IMG/VR virus record: IMGVR_UViG_3300032007_004036
DNA: 64,000 nucleotides
Reading direction: 5' to 3' (one strand)
From: an uncultured virus (IMG/VR IMGVR_UViG_3300032007_004036)
Lineage: Duplodnaviria > Heunggongvirae > Uroviricota > Caudoviricetes
Shown here: piece after piece, positions 55,794-64,000 of the stretch
How positions within the stretch are numbered: the first letter of the stretch is position 1
Layout of the letters: each line of letters starts with the position of its first letter
Notes under the pieces: generated by a model
What the model was told of the DNA's origin: nothing
Seen by the model: the letters and a program-made list of their open reading frames with translations, nothing else
Databases searched by the model: none
Position numbers and translations under genes: made by a program

Positions 55794-58496
55794 TTAATTT
55801 CCAAAGAATGCTTGTTTAAGTATTCCGCCAATAGTATATTTTATTTTATACGGCTTTCCATTATTAGGGGGATAAACAACAAATTCACCCACTCTATTAC
55901 CGTTTTCCCATCTTCCAGCATATCTTGTGCCGTCTTTATCAAAATAAACTCCTGTGCCATGGCATTTATTGTTAGCCCAGTTACCTTTGTATATAGTACC
56001 GTCTGTATTGACACAGATTGCATATCCATTTAATTGATTATTAATGAAATTTCCTTCATTAACCAAACCGTTATCCAGTTCAAGTTTACCTTTTCCGTGC
56101 CTTTTTCCGTTTATTATTTCACCGGTGTATTTTCCATTGGTGTACGCTACAATACCTCTGCCTGTCCAGAATTCATCATCTTTGAATTCACCTTCAAACG
56201 TTCCTCCGGCTTTATAAGTCACCTTTCCTTTTCCTTGGCGGTTATTATTCTGCCATTCACCTTCGTATATATCTCCGTTTTGATATATCATTTTTCCATA
56301 ACCGTTGCGTTTCCCTTCAGATACAGTTCCGTTGTATGACCTACCGTCATTTAAGTAAATTAAACCATTACCAGACCAGAAATCATCATTTTTGAATTCG
56401 CCTTCAAATACCTCTCCGTTCGTATAAGTTACCTTACCCCTGCCTTGACGTTTACCATTTAGCCACTCCCCTTCGTATATATCTCTGGTTTTACATATAA
56501 ATTTTCCGTAGCCGTTGAATTTCCCTTGAGATAATTCTCCATTGTATGATACTTTATCAGAGTAAATGACTAAGCCCTTGCCAGACCAGAATTCATTATC
56601 TTTGAATTCGCCTTCAAAAACCTCTCCGGTTGCGTATGAAACTTTTCCTCTTCCATTACGTTTATCATTCACCCATTCTCCTGTATAGGAATTACCGTTT
56701 TTTGTTATCAACTCGCCATTTCCGTGTCGATTATCGTTCAACCAATCTCCTTCGTATACATCACCATTTTCATACATCAGCTTTCCTTTACCATTGAACT
56801 TACCTTCACTTAATTCACCAATGTATGAGTTCCCGTCAGAGAAGTTAACCAAGCCCTTACCACTCCATGGGATTTCATCTTTAATCTCACCTTCAAATGT
56901 TTCTCCGTTTTTATACATGATCTTTCCTTGGAAATGACGTCCTTTATCCGACCATTCTCCTTCATAAACGTCTCCGTCCTGATCTATGAGTTTTCCATTA
57001 CCGTTAAGAGAACCTTCTAGTATTTCTCCTATGTATGAGGGACCGTCAGGATAGTTGACAAGACCGTTTCCTTTCCAGACAACACCGTCCTTGAATTCAC
57101 CTTCAAACGTCTCTCCGGTCGTATATATTATTTTTCCGCTGCCATTAGCCTTGTCGTCAGCCCATTCTCCTTCGAAGATTTCTCCAGTTGTATATTTGAT
57201 TTTTCCTTTGCCATTGCGCTGACCTTCGGATAATTCACCAGTATATGCTCCGTCAGAGTAATTAATCAGACCGTGCCCCGACCACCTTTTATCATCCTTA
57301 AATTCACCTTCAAATGTCTCACCGTTTACATATAGAATTTTTCCTTTTCCATGGCGCTTATCGTTAATCCATTCTCCTTCATATACATCGCCATTTTTGT
57401 ATGTTAGCTTTCCTATACCATGTCGATTACCAAGTTTCCATTCACCTTCATATATATTACCACTGCTATACTCAATACGTCCTTTTCCGTTTGGCTTACC
57501 GGCAAAAGTTTCTCCGCTATACATTCCATTATCAATAATGAGTTCTTTTGTTTCACGGCTATTCTGAGAGCTGCTTTGCGGTTTAGCCGGTGCTTCTGTT
57601 TCAGTTTTAACGATCTTCTTGATGCCTCTTACAAGATCCTGCATAAAGCCGAGCTTGGACATATCCTGTGCCTGAAACATCGAAAGCGCGTCTGGCAGTT
57701 CATAAGGATCCATATCTTTGTATGCAGGGATTATGGTACGACTGCGATCCTCCTGCATGAGCATAAGATAACGCGACCATTCGTTGCGCACCCATACGGC
57801 ATTGTAATAATCTGGTTTTGTACCAATAACAACCATGACCTTAGAACTCTTAAGTGCAGCAAATATGTAAGGCTCATATTCGCTTCCAAGCTTTGATTCG
57901 AGTGTAATACGCGAAAAGAACACCTTGAACCCTTCCTGTGTGAGACCATAGTAAAGTTCCTGCGCAAGAACTGAATCGCGTGTGCGTCTTCCGTCCTCGT
58001 CAGTTTCCTTGTAACATATGAAAACGTCAAACGGCTCTTCCTTTTTGGATATTTCAATAATTCCTTTTTGCACATTGTCGATGTAAGCAGCCTCGCTTTC
58101 ATAAATGCTTCGTTGTAGCAGATCAGCATATTCAAGTGCAATATGGTAGTCGGGATCATCCAATATCGAACGAATCTGTGTGCGATGACAGGTAGGTATT
58201 TTTTTCTTTGTAAGAGGATCGTCAACGTATTCTATTCCATATCTGCATAATAACATTGACCAATAAAGCTCAGAATCGCCTTCAGAACTGTTTGACATTT
58301 TTTCATAAATCTCTGCCGCCTTATCAAATTCGCACTGTTGACGAAAATGATTTGCGCGGTTAAACATATTCAGGTTACGTTCATTATCGGTTTTGGGGAG
58401 TGTTTGCTTGGTGCCGCAATATTCACATTCGCAAATCGTCATTCCTTCAGATATCTCAAGCGTACCTCCACACATTTTACATTTATATACTGCCAT
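55794..58496 (-). CDS. Zinc ribbon-TPR-TIR protein with long C-terminal MORN repeat array
   Basis: CKMCGG...CEYCG; FDVFICYK...WVRNEW; many YEGEW..G.R.G.GK repeats. Confidence 0.9.
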   Translation of the reverse strand: MAVYKCKMCGGTLEISEGMTICECEYCGTKQTLPKTDNERNLNMFNRANHFRQQCEFDKAAEIYEKMSNSSEGDSELYWSMLLCRYGIEYVDDPLTKKKIPTCHRTQIRSILDDPDYHIALEYADLLQRSIYESEAAYIDNVQKGIIEISKKEEPFDVFICYKETDEDGRRTRDSVLAQELYYGLTQEGFKVFFSRITLESKLGSEYEPYIFAALKSSKVMVVIGTKPDYYNAVWVRNEWSRYLMLMQEDRSRTIIPAYKDMDPYELPDALSMFQAQDMSKLGFMQDLVRGIKKIVKTETEAPAKPQSSSQNSRETKELIIDNGMYSGETFAGKPNGKGRIEYSSGNIYEGEWKLGNRHGIGKLTYKNGDVYEGEWINDKRHGKGKILYVNGETFEGEFKDDKRWSGHGLINYSDGAYTGELSEGQRNGKGKIKYTTGEIFEGEWADDKANGSGKIIYTTGETFEGEFKDGVVWKGNGLVNYPDGPSYIGEILEGSLNGNGKLIDQDGDVYEGEWSDKGRHFQGKIMYKNGETFEGEIKDEIPWSGKGLVNFSDGNSYIGELSEGKFNGKGKLMYENGDVYEGDWLNDNRHGNGELITKNGNSYTGEWVNDKRNGRGKVSYATGEVFEGEFKDNEFWSGKGLVIYSDKVSYNGELSQGKFNGYGKFICKTRDIYEGEWLNGKRQGRGKVTYTNGEVFEGEFKNDDFWSGNGLIYLNDGRSYNGTVSEGKRNGYGKMIYQNGDIYEGEWQNNNRQGKGKVTYKAGGTFEGEFKDDEFWTGRGIVAYTNGKYTGEIINGKRHGKGKLELDNGLVNEGNFINNQLNGYAICVNTDGTIYKGNWANNKCHGTGVYFDKDGTRYAGRWENGNRVGEFVVYPPNNGKPYKIKYTIGGILKQAFFGN

Positions 58497-58525
58497 GATT
58501 AATACTCCTTATAGTTTTTCCTATA

Positions 58526-59614
58526 TTATTCGCTGATTGAGATATATTTTGAGCTGACATATCCATAAATGACAATACTATTGCCCCCTCCCATTGGGTT
58601 CTCTCTAAAAGTGTACCATCTGATATAGCACCATTCATTGTTCGTACCAAGTACCTCAACAGAAGCTCCTTTAGGTATTTCATCTGCGACTTCAAAATCT
58701 GTACCCGGTCCACTTCTCAAATTTAGGCTGGTTGATTCGGTTTCAACTACACCTCGTTTTATGTCTGAATCCCCATAGAACTCCATATCAGATGGAGCGT
58801 TTTCACTGTCAAAAAAGCCTGAATACGGATTAGAACTATTGACGGTTTGGTTATTAATCGGATGCTCCTCATTGATAGATGTTGTTTTATCACTGGAATT
58901 TGTTGTTTCTTCATTGATTATTTTAAGTTCTGAATCATTTATTATAACTGCTGGAAAACCATCTTCATTTGAAGAGAATAAGCGTTCTCCATATGAATTA
59001 ATCCAATTATCCAAATCGCTATTATATGACCAACCATTATGAAATGTTAGCATACTACCTGGCTTAATTGTAGATGTCAAACTATTCTTATTTGAAGACA
59101 AATCGTGATAAAACTTTTGAATCTCATACCGTGTATCAGGTTGATAGTATGAGATTTCAATGATTCCATCTTTTTGTACTACGCTCTTGTTTTCAAATGA
59201 ATAATATGAATCCGGCAACTGCGTAAGCTCTTGGATAGTGTTGCCTTCATTATCAATTATCAAATAATACATATATAAGTCATCGTCTTCAATCAAAAAC
59301 AATATGTTATCATCAAACGATTCACACCAATAATAGTGACCATTAAGCGCAGATAAACAATCATAAACTTGTGCCTTCGGAATGTTTAATAAATAATATT
59401 GATTCGTTTTTGATTCCTTATAAATCACATGTTCTTCATCTAAATATCTTAAATCAGTATATTCTCCGTTACCTAATGAATTAAAATCAAATACTGTTCC
59501 ATCAGGCAAACTAAGATATGGTGAAGCAAAGAAGAAACCACTATTATATGGATACTTTGTTTTATCATCAAATCCATTACCATCGTTTCTTTTAACAGCT
59601 GATTCAAAAAACAT
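58526..59614 (-). CDS. Protein with C-terminal SH3b domain, possibly 5'-truncated
   Basis: SLNLRSGPGTDF...IPKG..V.VL....WCYI...GYVSS.Y. Confidence 0.75.
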   Translation of the reverse strand: MFFESAVKRNDGNGFDDKTKYPYNSGFFFASPYLSLPDGTVFDFNSLGNGEYTDLRYLDEEHVIYKESKTNQYYLLNIPKAQVYDCLSALNGHYYWCESFDDNILFLIEDDDLYMYYLIIDNEGNTIQELTQLPDSYYSFENKSVVQKDGIIEISYYQPDTRYEIQKFYHDLSSNKNSLTSTIKPGSMLTFHNGWSYNSDLDNWINSYGERLFSSNEDGFPAVIINDSELKIINEETTNSSDKTTSINEEHPINNQTVNSSNPYSGFFDSENAPSDMEFYGDSDIKRGVVETESTSLNLRSGPGTDFEVADEIPKGASVEVLGTNNEWCYIRWYTFRENPMGGGNSIVIYGYVSSKYISISE

Positions 59615-59659
59615 CCTCTTATCGGTATTATATGTCGTTTTTAATCGGTATGAGTATTC

Positions 59660-60340
59660 TCAAGGAGACAGTGCACCACCGCCAAACCCAGCACCAGGCG
59701 AAGGTACGCCCATTGCTTCAGTCATTGCTTTTTCAGATACTCTCCAGCCATCGTCAGAAAAGTAAATAACATCAAAATTAATGATTTCTTTCTCATCATC
59801 CTTGCTTTGAGGTTTTACTTCAACTTCAAGTGCATAACCTTTTTCTATCTTCGGACACTCTCCAGAAAAATTATACGAGTAATATGACTGAAGTGAATTA
59901 ATATTATAATCATCCAATTCCGTTTTCCCCTTGATTTTGAATTTTATTTTATAATTTTTTTCAAACATCTTCATTATTTCCATCGTAGCCCCCCAGTTGC
60001 TATTAAAACTATCGATTTTATTTTGACCGATATTGTGATATTGTTCTGATGGCAATGTGCATTTGAACATCAAATCCCCGTCAACTTTGTTTAATGCTTT
60101 TTCAAAATCATTCACAGCGCTTTTATAGCTGGAATAATAAATCCTTCTTCCGCTACTCTTACTACTGTTCTCATTTGTAGAAGACGGCGATAAAATAAAT
60201 GAAAAGCCACAACATGAACAGCACCCGAAAACCATTACAAATAAGATTACCAAACCAATCCATAGTAATGTTGAACCTGATTTAGAACCATTGTTTTCCA
60301 TAGTCTGAGAGCCATTTGAATTAGGCATAGTATTATTCAT
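59660..60340 (-). CDS. Membrane-anchored hypothetical protein
   Basis: N-terminal TM helix with GCCSCCG; NTF2-like C-terminus ending DDGWRV. Confidence 0.75.
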   Translation of the reverse strand: MNNTMPNSNGSQTMENNGSKSGSTLLWIGLVILFVMVFGCCSCCGFSFILSPSSTNENSSKSSGRRIYYSSYKSAVNDFEKALNKVDGDLMFKCTLPSEQYHNIGQNKIDSFNSNWGATMEIMKMFEKNYKIKFKIKGKTELDDYNINSLQSYYSYNFSGECPKIEKGYALEVEVKPQSKDDEKEIINFDVIYFSDDGWRVSEKAMTEAMGVPSPGAGFGGGALSP

Positions 60341-60386
60341 TATTCTTTCCCCTTGTGCTATAATAGAATTACACATGATATGCACT

Positions 60387-61772
60387 GCCGCAAATTTCTG
60401 CAATCAAAGTCAACCCCTCACTTTTTTACCGAAAAACAGGTATTTTTACTGCAACATCTGACGATAATTCTGACGGCGAATACACTTTTGATTCAAGCAA
60501 CTCCATACACGCTATCTTACGCTCCATAGAGGTATGAACATAGCGATTCAGCGTAGTTTCCACGCTCGCGTGACCGAGTATCTCCGAAAGCGTCTTCACA
60601 TCGAATCCTGCTTGAAGACAATTCGTAGCAAATGCGTGGCGAAGGCTATGATAGCTGACTGACGGTAAATCTGCTTTTTTCAGTATTTGTTTGAAACGTC
60701 TCTGCAAGGTTCTTGGTTCAATTACTATCTCAGAATTCGATAAAACATAATGATTATCAGCGCTGCGGGATTCCCGCAGCAGCTTCATAATAAATTTTGT
60801 TATTGGAATAGTGCGCTTTGATGTGCGGCTTTTCGGAGTATCTGCTATAATGCGTGTTTTGTGGCTTTCAGTACGTATACGCTGAACTGTTCGTCTGACG
60901 GTTATTATGCTTTTCTCAAAGTCAATATCTCGCCACATCAGACCGCAGACCTCACCTACACGAAGTCCCGTATACAAGCTCAGGAGTATACATAGAGCTG
61001 TCGGACTTAGGTTCTTTGTAAGGAACTTGCATAGCTGCCACTGCTGAGTATTTGAAAGCAAGGGCTTCTCTTTTTTCTGCACTTTAGGAAGTGACACATC
61101 TGCCAATATATTGCGAAATCCGTGAATTTTAGATATATACTTAGCCATAGTTTTGAAAACGATAATAATATCTGAAACATACTTCGCGGATAGTCCTCCA
61201 TCAAGCTTTTTCTGAATATAGCTGTTAATCATCTGCACCGTCAGGGAATCATAGCGAAGTCCGCCAAATTCAGGCATGATATGCTTTTCGACCTTCATCT
61301 GATAGTTTGCGTAGGTTGAGAGCTTCACTCGAAGCTTTACTGCTGACAGCCACTCGTCAAATAGCTCTTTTACCGTCAGGCGGCAAGTGGTTTGAGGAGC
61401 GGTGACATTCACCTTCAAATCAACAAGCTTTGAACGCACCTCTGTGTAGGAGTGTCCGTATACAGAGCGATATTTAGCCTTTCCGTAGTCATTATATCCG
61501 CATTTATACCGTCCCTCCCAGCGTCCGTCCTTGCGTTTATAAATGTTTTCTCCGCGGCGAGCCATAGCTCTTCCTCCTCCTTGACCATATTCCTGACGCA
61601 CTAAAACTGTTATTTGTAACAAAGCAGACCGGTTCTGATTGTCGAAACTGCTGATTTTTATTTCTTATTAGTGAACAATTATCAAAATCTGTTGAATGAT
61701 ATTTCTTTTTATGTTAAAATCGTACATATAAAGTTCAACGTATGATCGCCGTGAATTGCAGAAATTTGCGGC
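60387..61772. repeat. Perfect 18-bp inverted repeats flanking the tyrosine recombinase gene
   Basis: GCCGCAAATTTCTGCAAT at 60387-60404 and ATTGCAGAAATTTGCGGC at 61755-61772. Confidence 0.9.
60426..61565 (-). CDS. Tyrosine recombinase/integrase with N-terminal arm-binding domain
   Basis: MARRGENIYKRKDGRWEGRY; TGLRVGE, HSLRHAFAT, LGH, RYVH; AGGAGGAGG RBS. Confidence 0.95.
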   Translation of the reverse strand: MARRGENIYKRKDGRWEGRYKCGYNDYGKAKYRSVYGHSYTEVRSKLVDLKVNVTAPQTTCRLTVKELFDEWLSAVKLRVKLSTYANYQMKVEKHIMPEFGGLRYDSLTVQMINSYIQKKLDGGLSAKYVSDIIIVFKTMAKYISKIHGFRNILADVSLPKVQKKEKPLLSNTQQWQLCKFLTKNLSPTALCILLSLYTGLRVGEVCGLMWRDIDFEKSIITVRRTVQRIRTESHKTRIIADTPKSRTSKRTIPITKFIMKLLRESRSADNHYVLSNSEIVIEPRTLQRRFKQILKKADLPSVSYHSLRHAFATNCLQAGFDVKTLSEILGHASVETTLNRYVHTSMERKIACMELLESKVYSPSELSSDVAVKIPVFR

Positions 61773-61780
61773 GAATTTTT

Positions 61781-61809
61781 TTGACAATGAGACGCAGATA
61801 TGGTACACT
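61781..61809 (+). promoter_or_regulatory. Sigma-A promoter of the NACHT gene
   Basis: TTGACA-N17-TACACT with TG. Confidence 0.7.
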
Positions 61810-61896
61810 TATTACATCAATTAAATCATATCATGACGGAGAATAGAATCTGCCGCAAAAACAGCATGATTTGCCGCAAATATCGGGAGGTGTGAT

Positions 61897-64000
61897 ATGC
61901 TTTCCTTGAATGTTGTATTATCGCTTATAATGCAGGCGAAGCGAAAAGGTAAGGGCATTCTTTCAAACGGAACTGTTTATGCTATGCTTATGCTCTGTAT
62001 TTCGGACTTTTCGTGTGAAAACGAACTTCTGAAATGCTTCAATAATGAGGTCGTTCCGAAAGAAGCAAACAGAAAGCTTGAAAGATATTTGAGTCGTTTT
62101 TTCAGGGACGGCAAAGGGTATCCGTATAATCTGATATGCTTTTCTGAATTTGAAAGCTGTATCGGCAGTACCGATAAAATGGCGGTATACTGTCGAAAGC
62201 TCAGAACAGTCCTTGACAGTTTTATAGATGAGCAGAAGACAGAGTCGCTTGTATTTACACTTCTCGAGCTTCTGAGAAATGACAGGAATGTCGATAAAAT
62301 AGTTTACGGAAGTGGATATATCCGCAAAGAGGAAATGTTTGGGAGCAGCGCACATCAGAAGCGTATATGCGTAGAAGCGCTGCTCCTTGGAATGCTCTAT
62401 CTATGCCATAAAACTGCTGATATATCCCCAAAAACAGAACTTTTGGAATATGTGGGAAAAAGGGCTTTTTTCACCGTCAGATTCTCTGATAGTACTTCAT
62501 TTGACCTTGAATACAAGGTCGATGTTATTGAAAATATGTTTGCAGCAGCCAAACGTCAGCAACTGAAAAAACTGCGCTATCCGCTTGAATTATGTGTTGA
62601 CGGAGAAGTAACTGGAGAACTGCCAAAAAACGGCGATCTCTTCCTATGTGGAGTTCACGGCTCGGGCAGAACATCGCTTATGAAAAGTATCATAAACTCC
62701 GACGATTCAGCATTTATCTATATTCCGCTCGAGGGCTATACTTCCGAATTCCACAGCGAATTCAGCAATGAGCCATGCTGGGTACTCTTAAACGCTTTGA
62801 TGAAATACCATTATCAGGACGAATATCGGTCATTTGAAATGCTTGTCTTATCCGAAGGCAGGGATACCGCTTTACAGCAGCTCACAAGTCTTAGCAGGGA
62901 ATTCAGAAATAAGCCTGTTCACAGCCGCAGCTGGACACTGCTGCTTGACGGACTGAACGACATTGATATCAGCAGCCAAGAGACATTTATCAGTGAATTG
63001 GAGTATATCCATAAAAACTGGAGCAATGTCCGTATCATTGTTTCGGGGTGTGCTGTTCCGAAGAACGATATTTTCAATGAGTTCATCATAGCTGAAATTA
63101 TCGGTATACCGTCGGACTACATAAATGAGAGGTTTGCTGAGAGTAATATAAGCACTGAGCTTAGAGAAATGCTGAAAATGCCGGCATTACTTGATATTTA
63201 CGAAAACAACAGCGACAGTATAAAAACACGGGGCGAGCTGCTTGATGCATTTTTTAATGAATGGCAAGGCAGTGACACTGTACGCTTTCTTGTTCAGTTT
63301 GCTCTCCCAATGATTGCTAAAAGAATGCTTGAGGATTCCTCGCTTGACAAGCTTTCAAGAGCGGAGGTAATAAAGCTCATCAATACAGCTGTCAGAATAT
63401 ACATCAAGAATGATTATGTTTATCAGAGCTGTATTTCAGTTAAAGGCATAGATAAAAAAATCCTGCTCGAAAGCAGGAAGAATCATAACTGGATAGATAT
63501 ACTTCTGAAAAACACCGGACTTATGGTCGAAGATGATGCAGATGATCTTTCTTTTGTAAACAGATCGTTCCGCGATTATTTTGCTGCAAAACACATCATC
63601 AATGCCATAGGTATCTTTGAGGACGGCTGCATTATTGCACACGATAATGAGAAATACTTTGAGGAGATAGGTCTTTCCGGTATATGGTTCGACAATATAG
63701 ATTTATTCCCTGAGAAACGTAATGTTTACAGGCTTATCGGTGAATTGTGCCGGGAATATGTCAAGAAAGCCGGCAGTGAGAAACTCTACACAAAGAATCA
63801 GCTTGACAGATTCCTTGATATCTGCCGAGGTTTAATAAACGGATACAACGTTGAAAATATCATCACTGTAAGAAAAATAATACATAATAACATGGTTTTT
63901 CATACGGATTTCGGCTGGCTAAATACACCGCTGCTGCTCCCGTCTGACGTTACGTACAGTTTAGACGGAGAATATCCGTGTGATTTCTATGGTTGCAGGA
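61897..64000 (+). CDS. NACHT/STAND NTPase-like protein, runs off the window end
   Basis: Absent from the ORF track because there is no stop; translated by hand: GGAGG RBS, GVHGSGRT, LLLDGLND, SFRDYFAA. Confidence 0.85.
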   Translation, partial: MLSLNVVLSLIMQAKRKGKGILSNGTVYAMLMLCISDFSCENELLKCFNNEVVPKEANRKLERYLSRFFRDGKGYPYNLICFSEFESCIGSTDKMAVYCRKLRTVLDSFIDEQKTESLVFTLLELLRNDRNVDKIVYGSGYIRKEEMFGSSAHQKRICVEALLLGMLYLCHKTADISPKTELLEYVGKRAFFTVRFSDSTSFDLEYKVDVIENMFAAAKRQQLKKLRYPLELCVDGEVTGELPKNGDLFLCGVHGSGRTSLMKSIINSDDSAFIYIPLEGYTSEFHSEFSNEPCWVLLNALMKYHYQDEYRSFEMLVLSEGRDTALQQLTSLSREFRNKPVHSRSWTLLLDGLNDIDISSQETFISELEYIHKNWSNVRIIVSGCAVPKNDIFNEFIIAEIIGIPSDYINERFAESNISTELREMLKMPALLDIYENNSDSIKTRGELLDAFFNEWQGSDTVRFLVQFALPMIAKRMLEDSSLDKLSRAEVIKLINTAVRIYIKNDYVYQSCISVKGIDKKILLESRKNHNWIDILLKNTGLMVEDDADDLSFVNRSFRDYFAAKHIINAIGIFEDGCIIAHDNEKYFEEIGLSGIWFDNIDLFPEKRNVYRLIGELCREYVKKAGSEKLYTKNQLDRFLDICRGLINGYNVENIITVRKIIHNNMVFHTDFGWLNTPLLLPSDVTYSLDGEYPCDFYGCR

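Noticed and set aside
55850..57530. Periodic DNA repeats as a possible CRISPR array
   Set aside because: They are degenerate in-frame MORN coding repeats; there are no constant repeat-spacer units or cas genes
59660..59662. Selenocysteine or programmed read-through at the in-frame TGA
   Set aside because: No SECIS-like hairpin follows and there is no redox motif context
2100..63650. Numerous opposite-strand and out-of-frame ORFs in the six-frame track
   Set aside because: They are shadows of well-supported genes and lack RBSs or recognisable motifs

Overview
This window looks like a cellulolytic Ruminococcus-type (Oscillospiraceae) chromosome, judged from the dockerin-bearing protein and Firmicute-style RBSs and promoters. 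It has four blocks. (1) About 1-33.7 kb is the right-hand part of a temperate siphovirus prophage with an A118-like morphogenesis module; its integrase and repressor lie left of the window. It carries early genes, an SMC-like ATPase/Sak4/SSB/helicase/primase-helicase replication module, RusA, an ArpU/RinA-type late activator, an initiator-like tRNA-Met, terminase, portal, a MuF minor head protein with a C-terminal CdiA-like nuclease domain, capsid, tail, holin and a GH25 endolysin. (2) An AAA/PD-(D/E)XK gene is followed by a ~12 kb mobilisable element with a large FtsK/HerA-like ATPase, an amidoligase-GATase-II-resolvase operon, DUF960, MobC and relaxase, and two pentapeptide-repeat genes; it abuts a truncated ECF sigma gene. 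(3) A large secreted protein has two dockerins and a C-type lectin domain. (4) An AT-rich operon (SPFH/zinc-ribbon, ZnR-TPR-TIR-MORN, SH3) and a divergent, degenerate NACHT gene are separated by a tyrosine recombinase flanked by perfect 18-bp inverted repeats. The best candidates for undescribed biology are anti-RBS/anti-AUG RNA modules flanking the phage tRNA, a MuF toxin paired with an antisense sRNA rather than an immunity gene, the inverted-repeat-flanked recombinase between TIR and NACHT genes, and three promoter-long-hairpin RNA units in the mobile element. All product calls come from motif recognition by eye; no database searches were run.
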